A DNA stretch of 61,726 nt, filler included, from Rhabdomonas costata (Eukaryota), in NCBI GenBank assembly GCA_019059605.1. It is 23 parts of 23 records of this genome, joined end to end, with 100 filler letters (N's around TTAATTAATTAA, not from the genome) between each part and the next. Parts side by side here need not be neighbours in the genome. Positions count along the whole stretch, not along the records: positions 21,520 to 24,108 come from JAHMHO010002721.1; positions 24,209 to 26,797 come from JAHMHO010002722.1; positions 26,898 to 29,487 come from JAHMHO010002723.1; positions 29,588 to 32,174 come from JAHMHO010002724.1; positions 32,275 to 34,865 come from JAHMHO010002725.1; positions 34,966 to 37,554 come from JAHMHO010002726.1; 17 more parts are not named here. One strand, given 5' to 3'. Positions within the stretch are counted from its first letter, which is position 1. Every line of letters begins with the position of its first letter. Positions 23,940 through 35,860 of this stretch are shown piece by piece. The notes below the pieces were generated by a model. That model saw nothing but the letters and a program-made list of their open reading frames with translations, ran no database searches and was not told the DNA's origin. The position numbers and the translations under genes were made by a program.

Positions 23940-24417
23940 CTAAAACAGAGAGTGTGCCGAAATGCACACCGCGCTGGATGGTGCTGAGCTGATCTGTTCC
24001 ACGTGGGATAATCCCTCTTCTCCGCTTTTAAGCGTCCGCCGAAACTACTGCTGCTCCACTCTCTCAGTCCTCTTTCAGCAGTCCTTAAGAGTTAATGACC
24101 CAAAAAACNNNNNNNNNNNNNNNNNNNNNNNNNNNNNNNNNNNNNNNNNNNNTTAATTAATTAANNNNNNNNNNNNNNNNNNNNNNNNNNNNNNNNNNNN
24201 NNNNNNNNTGTTTACTAATGCTCCACATCCCGTTTGTGATCTGTATGATTGTGCGTGTGATCAATGGCATTTAGTTGCCGGTTATGCACATCTCGGAGTA
24301 ATGAGTGAGGAGAGGTGATACTGAACTACATATAGGTCTGACCACGTGAACACGATTAAGTTTCTTTCGTAAACTAGTATGCATTATCCTCTTCACAAAG
24401 TTAATCAAATGGTTGAA

Positions 24418-25400
24418 TTAATGCAGGAAATGATATCCCAACACAATGGAAAGATCACACTCTAGAAACTCCTCACCTGCAACTCCCATAATTTCCTTGA
24501 AAACACAGTGCACAACTGTTGTGGTGTTCCAATTCGCTACATTAATCTGAATCTGGGACTTCAAAATGCAATAATGTGTAGCCTGATTTACCAACAACGT
24601 CAGCACTAATGAACGAGTCCAGCAAGCTCCCGAGTCCAGCAAATCAAATTCTGCCGTCAATCCAACTGTTACCGTAAGAAATGGAGCAAAGGCACTGGGA
24701 CCAGTTCACGGCAAATGTTGAGCAAACGCTTATATTTGTCCGGTTACAGTGGCGTTACTGAGGTCAACTTGGCTTCTGTAAGCTTCTGTGGTTCCGCAGC
24801 AAATGCGCACATTTTAGCGGCAGATGCGGAGGACTGGCTAGCTAACTGTGGAGTGTGCAGTGTTGAAGACATAGACGACACTGGGGAGGCGGTGTAAACG
24901 ACGGACATGTAGGTGTGTCCTAATACAAAGCGGAAACGGTCCGTGTCGGCTCGGCTTTTACTTGGGCTGGTACTGGTTGCCATACTTCATCAGAAACTTG
25001 GGCTATTTTCTGAGTGTGGTTGGACGTGGAATTGAGTTTTGTGTTTTTCTGAAGAAAAATGAAAACAGTTGTACAGAAACATCTACTGTCTCCAGATTAA
25101 GATTCCCTCCGAAAGAAGTCGCGAACATGGCTGAGGCAATCGGCCAACAAAGCGATACAATGTACTCCTCAGACAAAGTCACACACTGTTCCTGTTTCTG
25201 TTTCTGCATATAATCGCCTCGGACATCAGCCAGCATGACATCTGCTGAAGCACTCAGCATGCATCAGAGAGCAATCTCGTGCTCTAAGAATGAATTGACA
25301 TCCATGATCTCTCTGTATAACGGTGGATGACTCTCCGCAATCAACATCACCCGCTCCAGGCGTTGAATTCCATGCAAGCCGCTGGAGCACTATTGAGTGA
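24418..25400 (-). mobile_element. Decayed LTR (Ty3/gypsy-like) retrotransposon gag-protease region
   Basis: FDLLDSGA...IQINVAN...SIVLGYHFL has the retroviral aspartic protease pattern (LLDSGA ... V.VAN ... ILG..FL). Upstream frames are long but interrupted and intronless. The element probably occupies most of the contig. Confidence 0.55.
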
Positions 25401-26897
25401 TTTCAGCAATAAACCTCAAGTTCTAGGAGCAAACTCATGTTTCTCTGGTTCACGAAGAATTCCTCTCAGCAAACAACACCCAGCGGTCCAGAAAACGGTG
25501 CTCTAGGCGGACAGAGGTTCGCAATCGCAGCTGGGTTCACATAACTGAAATCTCCAGTCGGGATCGCCACTCACGTGCTCCTGGTAAACTGTATTGTCTA
25601 CTGAACCTGATGGCATCCGCAGTCAACATCTGCTTGTGCGACTCCTCAACATTAGGCGCTCAGCACGCCAAAGGCGAGTCATCTGTCTGCATTGTGGTGA
25701 TTTTCGGATGATTTACAAGCGGATTTACGATCCTCTTGTTCAGCCTCAGAGCCTAATTGCACTTGCTCAATTGGTGATAGTTGTTCCTTGCCAACAGATT
25801 CGCCTGAGGAAAAAATTAAGATTTTATCGGATTGCCCGAATACAAACACGGTGGGACAAATCATCACATCCTCCTCCATTCCAACGCTGGGATGCCTTTT
25901 AAATGTGTGCGCGGGCCTTTTGACATTCCACGCAATAACGGTTCACCAGCCTCGAGTCTCAATTTGGTACCATCTCATTACCGTGCCGCAGGTACAATTG
26001 ACTCCACAATGGCCTGCAACAGGCAGGTTGTGGTACCGTCCAATGATCCCCTTGGCCCTCAAGTTTTATTTTCATAAAAAACGTACTTCTTCCTGACAAG
26101 ATGGTCATTGATGTATTCATGCCACCAATCAGGAATTGCATTAGAAGTCAAATGTGCTGCAAGGTATCGCTGGAAGAAACATTTTCATTGGCGTAGCGGC
26201 CGCCGTGGACACTTTAACATATGCTTCTGTGGCCTCGTTGGCGACCAATTGTGAACTGTGGAGAAGATGCATACCTCAATATTGGTCACTGACGACCATG
26301 AAATTTCCTTGAGTACACAACTGGAGAAGGCAATTCCAAATTCGTCGCAAGATAAGTCACCAACTGATTGGAACAATAGGCCAAACCAATAAGTGGTTCG
26401 TATGGAAAGAAGCGAATAACACCGACGCCTGGAACGAAGCACCCTACACAAGCGTGGTGATTTCCTTCATTTGAACAACATGACCTGAAACCATCCGCAT
26501 GAAAAGGAGCGCAAGTTCTGAGCGCGGTCTTCTCTGGACAACTGGAATCGTCGTCACGCAACAGATGTAGTGTGTGTGGTGTGTCAGCTGCAGTGTTAGG
26601 TTTGCCAGTGACTTTTAGCTGGCTTTACAACTGCTTCTTTTACAAACATCTCATCTGAAGTAGGGAATGACGAACTGAGTTTTGTATGTACCGCAGAATT
26701 GAGTTATTGGTGTAGATGTGTAACTCTGAGCCTAGTAAATAGTGCCTCCAATCCTTCAGAGCATCAACCAAGGCGAGAATATTAATACCACACACAANNN
26801 NNNNNNNNNNNNNNNNNNNNNNNNNNNNNNNNNNNNNNNNNTTAATTAATTAANNNNNNNNNNNNNNNNNNNNNNNNNNNNNNNNNNNNNNNNNNNN

Positions 26898-29157
26898 TTG
26901 TTGTTGTGTCCAACACGGGAGCTGGCGTCGCAGACCTACACCGAGCTCTTGAAGTACGCCAAGGTTCTGGGAGGGAGGACGGCGATACCGCAAGTGAACT
27001 TTTGCATTTGCCTGCTTTGGAATGGGAGTAGCTGCAGCGAAGTCTGGCCCGGCAATTGAAAGTGGTGGGTACTTCTGTTTTGGGGAGGAGGTGATTGTTA
27101 TCATTTTTTATCTGGTGTCGTTGGTGTACTTGTCTAGGCAGCTGACGTTCGTGTCGGCGTGGCCTACGGGGGAACCTGTGAGGGTGCTCGTGTGATGGAT
27201 CAGGCTCTGGACCTTTTCCGCGGGACTGAGGTGTGCAACCCCGCTTCATGATTCTGCCTCAAGTCCCCAAAGGCCACTGTTACTCATTCTCCCATAGCGT
27301 CACTGAAGCAAGGGCTCTTCAAACTTGGGGTGCCCAAGTGGACGGTTGAGAAAAACGCGCTTTGATTCAACGAATACGCTCTGTACTGGACAAAAGAAAT
27401 GAATCACCTGTGCGCGAGTTCGCGCACGCACTACGGGTACCACATCCTTTTCTCTCTTATATAGTTTCCTGTGAACAGAGCCCCGAAAGATGAAATTTCC
27501 TCTTCAGGGGTAAGAGTTGTTGGTGTTAATAAAGGTGTATGAACGGACAAGATTGACGAGTTGCAAGGGCAAAAATGCGACGTTCAAGTTTCTGTCTGCT
27601 CTTCGCTTGCGCTCATTATCGGGCGGAATGCCTTTCCGCAGATGCTCGTCGGCACTCCTGGCCGCGTGATTGAGTTCGTGGAGGCGGAGTTGATTCGGCT
27701 GAACAGGGTGGTGTATGCTGTCGTGGACGAGGCTGACCGGATGCTTGACCTTCGTATGCCCCCAGCTTCCTCTCGTTTTTTTCCCCGTGCTTGTTTTTCT
27801 TTCACCGGCGGAAACTTGTTGCCAACTATTAAGGTTTTTCAAGTCTTTTTCAACTGTGAGATGTAAGGGAGAGATCGAGAGAGAAATATAGATAAAAGGA
27901 GCCGATAAAGGCTGACAGCAGGACAAGAGTGCCAAGGGGATGCTCTGCCTCTGGCCTCCCAATGTTCAGGAAGCACTCTCCGAGATTGCACGTTTCGGGG
28001 GGGGGGGTCAATCACGTTTTTTATTGACTGCTTTCCTCTATCTGCCATTCCAATTCTTCATTGTCTCGGGCTCCCGTTGACCTGCGGTCAATGTGCTTCC
28101 AGGGTTTACTCCCCAGATCGGGGCCCTGCTGTCTCAAACGCGACCGGACCGCCTCACCGCGTTGTTTGGGGCAACGTGGAGTAAAGAGGTCTGCAGCCCA
28201 CGCTTCACTGTGGAGGGAGGGGGGTATCCCCACTTACTCACCTGTCTTGTCCAAGGCATGAGTGTGCCTATTATGCACCCGCACAAGCACCCCCTCTCTT
28301 GCTGACCTGCGACAAAGCGAAGCGTAATGTTGATGCCACTTTTAATTTCATTGCTGAGGGCAAGCACGTTATTGCAGGAAGGATGTTGCGCCACATCCTC
28401 CATCCATTATCATCACCATCATCCTCAAGGTAAGTTGAACGGAAGGGAGAGCAAAGCCTAATTTACTGCAAGCTTTGCACGACACCGCCAGCAAGGTCTT
28501 ATCACATGTCTCCGTACGGTTCCAGATAATCAAACACTGCCCTGCCGCTCATTGCGTGATTGGAAATCGTTCTGAGATGTTTGCTCTGGCAAAGACGGGG
28601 ATCCTTTGGGTTCCTTGGCAGGTGCTGTACATGGCTGGGGAGTTTATGCGAAGCCCGGTTCGAGTGATTGTCAACAAGGCGGACGAGAATCATGCCAATA
28701 CTTCTGTGCAGCAGCGAGTTTATGTCACGGATTACCCCGACAAGGTGATTGAGGCGATTATGCCGTGTGCCACGCTTTTTACGCTGTCTATAATATGCAT
28801 GACGAGTTTGTGTGGTGAAATGTTTCTTCGCTTTTAATTTTGGTGTACGGGCGTTATGGTTAGGAGGGGTGGTATTTTGTCTGGAATCCAAGGGACGTCG
28901 GCACCAAATCGCCTTGAACTTGTGTGTGTATGTGTATTGATATTGTGTTGATATTGGTAGGAGTAGAAGAGTAACCCCCTTCATAAACGCACGCGCATTT
29001 GGGTTGCGCAGCCTGTATTTGTCACGGGGCTGCTGCGGCAGCTGCTGGAGGAGCACCCCGAGGCGCAGATCCTGGTCTTCGTCAACAAGAAGAAGGAGGC
29101 CAACAGGCTTGCCACGGCCCTGCGCTCGAAGTGGGCCTACGTCAACCTCCTCCATGG
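26898..29157 (+). CDS. DEAD-box RNA helicase (DBP2/DDX5-like), internal exons (partial)
   Basis: Exons 26898-26963, 27138-27230, 27642-27753, 28103-28188, 28622-28744 and 29012-29157 splice in frame: PTRELA, YGG, GTPGR, VVDEADRML, FGATW, ILVFVN, LLHG. Confidence 0.93.
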
Positions 29158-29652
29158 GTGTGTTCCCCGCCACTCGGTCGGCATCTCTTGTCCAAGGACC
29201 CTCCTGCATCCTCGTTGATAAAGACGGCTCTGTGCTGATGTGTTGCCATCGGGCTTTTCCTGCCAGCAACGTCTTCCCATTCTTTGCATTTCCATGATCT
29301 AGTTTTAAGATGGTGCTTGTGGGAGTCTTTCAGTGCTTGCTTGCTGTGTTCTGCCTCTGAGTGTTGAGCGGGCGTGGAAATTGGAGTTTGGATGACGTAT
29401 AGTCGTGGATGGGGGATGGTTTGAACGCAATGTTCACTTCACCTAATGCAAGCACTTATCAGTACCTTACCAAGTGCTGGTGACGTGNNNNNNNNNNNNN
29501 NNNNNNNNNNNNNNNNNNNNNNNNNNNNNNNTTAATTAATTAANNNNNNNNNNNNNNNNNNNNNNNNNNNNNNNNNNNNNNNNNNNNGGTTTTGGGTGGC
29601 TTAAGCTTTTTCGTGAATTCAGGGAAGGACAAAGCAGCACACACATACACAC

Positions 29653-31414
29653 CTCCTCCGTCTCGGCGGGGAAGTCCGCCCAGCACTCCACTCGAGGCAG
29701 GGTGTTCGACCGCAGCAGCTCCATCATCGCCCGGTAGTCGTTGCCGTGCAGCGGCCGTGGGATACCGGCGTGGCAACAGAAGACTTTCCCATCGACCTCC
29801 GCCGCCACGGGGAGCTTCGCGAAAACCGCATTGAACGCTAGGGAGCAGGCAACAACAAGCCAGCCCAAAGCAGACGAAATTGTGGCAGGGTGCCAGCCCC
29901 AGATGGGGGTCACTCAAGTGACTTCTTCTTCGCTTGCCAAACTGCATGTTCCCCATGGTGGAGTTGGCTCTGTACTTTCATTGTGTCAAGTCGACTAGAG
30001 AGGTAGATTCACGACGAAGCATATAATGACATCAAGACATCTCAAAATTTTCTTTCACAACAAAAAGAGCTTCTGCCCCCCGCATAAATGCACCCAACCC
30101 AGGGGCCAAGCCTTGAGTGGGAAACAAGCGGGCAAAGGTAAGGGGTGGAGTGGGGAGAAGGCAAAATTACACCATTAAGCCACTCAGTACTGATGGGATG
30201 GAAATCAATCCGGCCCTTCCTGAGTCCACTCGAAACATCCAAACCGATCGTATCACCAGAAACAGTGCAGTGAGGGCCACGGCGCAGTAGGCACCTCGGT
30301 TCACGGTGTCCCCAAGTGACCACCCAAAGCGCTGCCTGCACTGCGCTAGGAAGCTGCCGCCGTGGTACTGCGTTGTGTTGCGGTTGACTTCGGCCAGCTC
30401 GTGGTTGCCGCGGAGCAGGTACACGCTGTCCGGAGCGACGCACTTCAGCGCGAACAACATCGCGGCCACCTCGCAACCCGCCACTCCGCGGTCGACGTAA
30501 TCGCCAAGGAACAGCCATTGACTGAGAATAGAGGGGTGGAGCAGGAGAACAATGATCAGTTGGGTTTGGGCTCGAGAAAGAAGCAAACATACTGTGGTCA
30601 GTAACAAGAGTCCACTAGGCAATCGGAAAGGCGGAAATATATCCAAATGCGAGACAGGCGGGTGCAGGAGGAGGGGATAGGACACTTGCTTAAACAAGTC
30701 AAACCATTAAGGCAACCCACCCCGAAACGAAGGTCTCATACCTGGCCGTGTAGCAAAGGTGGTCAAAATTGATCAAGTTGGCCAGGAAGAAGCTCAGGTC
30801 GGAGGCCGATCCATGGATATCACCCATGACATACGTCGGCGAGCGCAGCGACAGGAAGGCCGGGTCCATCGCGAACACCACAGCGGCCCGCTCGCAACAC
30901 TATGGCGGCGATGGTAAAGGGTTGTGCGATCGATATTTAGCCTTAGATTTATTTTTGGATCCACACAGAGGAGTTTGAGATTCGCGGAGAATCCCGCTGT
31001 TTGAGCGGAATCCAAAACTTTGTCTGCACATGTGTGAGATGCAAAATTAGATGCCAAGAGCAGGAAAACATGCGGTACAGCTGCGGGTATAAAAGACAGA
31101 GAAACAACATTTGGTTGGGTTCGGTGTTGCCTGGAACCGTAGTCCACAGTTCCCCACACACACATGTTCCTCTTTCGTGGTTTCGAATCCCTGGTGGATC
31201 ATCCCGGGAGGGCCGGGCTGGAAGGTAGAGTAATTCCACTCATCCCCATAACAGCGTAAACCTCGATTAGCATTCTGGCGTACTCCTCGGGAACGGCCTC
31301 CAGGCTCTCCAGGTTGTTCACCATGTGCAGGTGCAGGAAGTTAATGATCCGCTGGGCGGGCGCCAGGTGAGGGTGGGCCAGCCGCTGCGCCGTCGTCATC
31401 GACAGCCTTCGGAT
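29653..31414 (-). CDS. Serine/threonine protein phosphatase, PPP family (partial)
   Basis: Exons 31414-31262, 30899-30742, 30521-30295 and 29837-29653 contain GDIHG, LFLGDYVDRG, LLRGNHE and FCCHAGI. Confidence 0.93.
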
Positions 31415-33279
31415 CTGCGTAGAATGGCACACTCAGAAGACACATCGTTGGCGGTTGGAGGTTGGTGTGGGGTCAGGAATTCCTGGCCTTTCACCCTTGA
31501 GCCGGTTTGGATATGGTGTCCCTTGGTGGCTCTTTCGCATCCTCTTCCGCAGCTTCACCCAGCGGAGGCATCGGACAGGTTTTCTTTGCTCAAACGTGAA
31601 GCTCGTTTGAGGGACGCATAGTTCTCAATATACATTGTTCATAGTTCTCCATCCACTTCATTGCGTCCTTCCTGTCAACTTCTCAAACTCGTTTTGGAAC
31701 TTGCTGCTTGCACCTCCAATTCCCACATGAAATCCGTGTGTGTGTGCACTACCCAACGGCAGCGGCATTTTCTCTCGCGTGTCTTTCATTTTGTGAATGC
31801 TGCAATCCTCGGCTGAACCCCTGAATCTCCTCTGCTTTCTTGCAATATAGTGAGGGGACTTTGTGGCTGCAGGTTTTGAATCAGAACACAGGAAAGGCAG
31901 CCATCGCACGTGAGAGAGAGTGACAGAGTGACAGAGTGAGAATGAGTGTGTGAGTGAGAATGAGTGTGTGAGTGAGTGCGTGTGTGTGTGTGATTTTGCG
32001 TGTATCTCCTTTATGCCTTGTTCGCCACACCCCAGACATCAGTCTCATGTGTGATTGTGTGTCTCGACGCAAACTGTGCTCAAGCCATGATCTCCACGCG
32101 ACGTTATGGAGACTGGTTATGGAGTAGCACAGGCCCAGCACCTTTACTGTGAGCGTGCGTGCGCACCAGCGTGGNNNNNNNNNNNNNNNNNNNNNNNNNN
32201 NNNNNNNNNNNNNNNNNNTTAATTAATTAANNNNNNNNNNNNNNNNNNNNNNNNNNNNNNNNNNNNNNNNNNNNGTGGTGGGTGTGTTTGGGGGTTGTGG
32301 GATCAGGGACAGGATGGGATTTGTCTGCTTTGTCTACGTGGCGTTGGTTTCTGTTTCCCCCTTTCGTTTAAATTGTTCGCTAGGGAAAAGTAGATCGAAT
32401 GGAGGTTTTATTTGGCATCTCTTTGCCTGGTGTGGTTGCTAGTCTGTGCTTTAATGTCCACGTTGTAACACTCAGGTTTTCCACGCAGCAACCTACAGCA
32501 CAGGCAAAGCTGGCTGAGGATCCATTTTCGCGACACACGAAAACGCCACTGAATAGCACGCGCGTGCTCGGGTATGTGAGGGGGTAGCGCTTACTTATTG
32601 CTTGATGTTACCCATCGCGCCGTCGATGGTCTGCGCCATCGCTCGGAACACCCCGTTATCCAGATTGAAGGTTTTTAAATCTGATCAGAATCACAGTGGC
32701 TTTGCAATGTTTGGAGAAACGGGTCGTCTCCGGAGACGAGGTTTACGCACGAGTTACGATTGAATCAGCCGTATATTATTTTTAGGGCAAACACCGGGGT
32801 AGTCAACTGCTCATTGCGGGGTAATGGTTTGTGGTTGATGCATGCCCCCACACGTCGACACGTCCATGATCTCTGCTCTGACAAAGGCACGTTCGTCACA
32901 AACAACTCATTTAGGATTGACAGCCCTTGAACCCTTGAAGATGCTCTTTGCATATACATCCATGTTGCTCTTGCATTTTAGCGTCTTTTTCTTTATCTCC
33001 TCATCTCTTGGCGACGCTCTGTGGCCCTGACAAAGGCCCATTTCAATCAGTTCCTTCGCCAGAGGCTTGCTTACGGGGACCCTTTTGCCCACTTTTCCCT
33101 TTGCCTTTTTTCACTCTCTTCGGAGTGTAGGTTTCCTCATGTTAAAAAACACGGAGCTGTGTAGCATGAAGTGTCTTTGGGGGCCATAAATGCCCTTACG
33201 CCTGGGCTATTTGGTATCCCGGAGGATAACGGTGGAAAGGGCACACCTTTTGTTGGTTGAAAAATGAATTTCGCAGCTT

Positions 33280-33620
33280 CCTTTCCGACCGGCTGTTCCA
33301 GCACGGCATTCCCAAGGCCCATCGCTTTGGACTTTAAGGACTGCTCGCGGCAGGGGAAGCCCAAGATCATTTGGACAAGGCAGACCAACAGAAGGATAAG
33401 CGGCACCCGGGATGCAAGAACGGGGATGGGGCTATCCCGTGTGGGCCGCGGAAGGGCACGGCGGATCACACCCAGAGGCCGTTGTTTACAAAAAAGCCCG
33501 GCAAGCAGCTGAAGACTATGGGCGCCTTTGCGAACGAGACCCCCGCGGATGCGCGGACCTGGACGCCAAGGTTTGGAACGCGCTGCCGATGGCTTTGTGG
33601 CGGAGAGCGGCGACTCCCTT
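33280..33620 (+). mobile_element. Decayed restriction-like endonuclease (REL) C-terminus of a CRE/SLACS-like non-LTR retrotransposon
   Basis: Across frameshifts the motifs appear in order: RPA.., RPIALDF, LDKADQQKDKRH, ERGWGYPVWAAEGHGGSHPEA, KVWNALPMALWRRAA. This resembles RP(A)D...ALD...E..K..KY...GW.F.P...E..GG....A...W..LS.AL.R.NA of CRE-clade REL domains. Confidence 0.5.
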
Positions 33621-34250
33621 GGCACGACACGGCACGGCGGGATGCGGGGCCGGGGCGGGTTAGCGGATCCCACCGCCGACAACGCGTTGGAGGACCTGGG
33701 CATCAACCCTTCCACTCCTGACCCTGCGCCTCCGGCCGCCTGTTTTCTTCGTTTGCCCGCGCGCCTCTCCTAGAAGTTTTCCTCTCTTAGATTCGGGTCT
33801 TTCCCGATCTCTCCATTCCTGTCTTTTTCTAATCCGAAGTGGAACCCTTTTGTGTTTTTTTTTGGTGTCGAACTCCCCACACGTTTGGTAATGATAAGTA
33901 AAAAAGGCATTTAGGCTAACAAGCAGTACGGACGGCACCGTGGGGCCTGCCCTTGTCAATGGCAACAGCCGGTGGCACACAAGAAAATACCACATCTACT
34001 GGACGTATTCGGCGTGGTGTTTCCACCACAGCGCCGAGAACCCCAGATATGGCTGGACGGATGCAACGTAAATGCAAATTTTACACGTATTTGCGGGCGA
34101 TGGCCTGCCGTTTTCTCGACTTGGAAGAACCAGACTGAAACAAAGGGGGTAACTAACCAAATGTCAACATAACATGCCAACATATGTGCACCCACAAAAC
34201 AACAGGACATGCAGTCTCACAACACAAGAGATCGCGATGTCAAAGCACTT

Positions 34251-34812
34251 TCAGCTGCGGCTTTTCAGCTGCGGCTTTCCCTCCACAGCGCGTGACTTGA
34301 GCGCCTCTTCGATGGCATTGAGCTGGTCATGCAGAGTAGCTTCAGCCTCGGCCTGGCCCTGCCGCGAAAGGCGACCCAGCACATCATATGCAAGATAGAA
34401 ACGCCGGCTCCACCGCAAATCATACTACTCACCACAGATGGCACTTTCATGGGTCTCTGCCATGTGCAAAACGATGCACAGACCGAACACCGACGGATGC
34501 GGAAATTTTTCTGGGGACGATGGAGTGGCACCCGGTGTGCTGCCTACCACGACAGAAGCCCTCCCAATAAAAAACTTGGAACCAAAAATGCTCTGACAGA
34601 GTATGTGTGTGTATGTGTGTGTGTGTGTGTGCAAGCGCAGGCATCGCGCCATACATGTGGGTATGTTAGGGATACCTTGGTCAGTTGGAAGGCCAGACAC
34701 TTGAGTGTGTGGCTCAGCTCATCCGGGCTGAGGGCTCGAGCTGCGTCGAGGCGCCGCTCCTCATCCTGCAGCTCAGAGATGTGCCTCCGCTGTTGTCGGC
34801 ACTCCTCCACAA
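34251..34812 (-). CDS. Hypothetical coiled-coil protein, last two exons (partial)
   Basis: Exons 34812-34676 and 34358-34251: VEECRQQRRHISELQDEERRLDAARAL...QLTK-GQAEAEATLHDQLNAIEEALKSRAVEGKPQLKSRS*. Confidence 0.6.
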
Positions 34813-34969
34813 CTAACCCCCCCCCACACACACGATTGGCCATGCACGTCAGCGGAAACCACAAANNNNNNNNNNNNNNNNNNNNNNNNNNNNNNNNNNN
34901 NNNNNNNNNTTAATTAATTAANNNNNNNNNNNNNNNNNNNNNNNNNNNNNNNNNNNNNNNNNNNNGGGT

Positions 34970-35134
34970 GGTTTTTTACCGCGGGAAGAGTTTTAACATT
35001 AGCTATATTAATTCATAATAGGATGAACTACCAACGTTACAGAACTTGCTAGCACAGTGGCTTGTAACGTTGGTAGTTCATCCTATTATGAATTAATATA
35101 GCTAATGTTAAAACTCTTCCCGCGGTAAAAAACC
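34970..35134. repeat. 72-bp perfect inverted repeat with a 21-nt spacer at a contig start (likely fold-back artefact)
   Basis: Arms 34970-35041 and 35063-35134 are exact reverse complements. Confidence 0.9.
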
Positions 35135-35649
35135 TTCCCGCAAAGAGAAATTCACAAATAAACACAATGAAACTGCTTGCAAATGTCGTCTTCAGTAGTC
35201 ACACGGTGTAGGACAGCAACCAGAAGCAAGAAATACGCAAAAAGAATCCTTTTTCTATTTCAAATTGAACCGGAAGACCAGCTCCTGCACTCTAGAGTTG
35301 AAAGGAGGATGAGAAGCGGGTAAACTAAAGGGAGTGATGCTGCACCTCTTTACGGAAACTGGGAGCCGGCTTATTCGCGCACAGAGGTTCCAGCGTGAGG
35401 GTTACCACGGAAGAGGCGACCGGCATGAAGGCATCAGCCCAGCGGGGCGGAGGTACCGCAGTGGTATCAGGAAGGACAGAAGACAAAAGCAGCATAAACA
35501 CGCACCACGGAACCACAATCTGAGAGGAGGGTGGACAGCACCGGTTGGGCGTCGAGCGAGGACCAGTCGGAAGCTGCGTCGATGGCCTCCCGTGGACTGG
35601 TGTCCCAACCCACGCATCATGAAGGCCGACTGAAACAAAGCATATTACT

Positions 35650-35860
35650 TGTCCCTGGATTCAACCCCAGCCCCTGGCCACCGAAGGAACCCACGCAACA
35701 ATGAAGACCATCACAACGACGACTTGAAGGCCGTGACCACCGAAGACTCACCACAACATGAAGGTCGAACCCTGACTACATTCAACGACACGAATGTCGA
35801 AAACAAACCCAAAAACATAAACCCACGCAAAAATGTCACGCATGAACACCCGATGTAAGA
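35650..35860 (+). repeat. Degenerate 6-nt-periodic A/C-rich (CCCTAA-like) tract; related tracts at ~37040-37150 and ~37300-37554
   Basis: Strand-skewed hexamer-phased sequence (aaaccc, aaaaac, ataaac, ccacgc...). Confidence 0.5.

Noticed and set aside
31170..31200. tRNA B-box-like GTTTCGAATCC
   Set aside because: No A-box at proper spacing and no cloverleaf; it lies in an intron.
34250..34277. 14-bp tandem duplication at a stop codon
   Set aside because: With or without it the protein ends within a few codons (QLKSRS* versus QLKVL*), so the effect is trivial.
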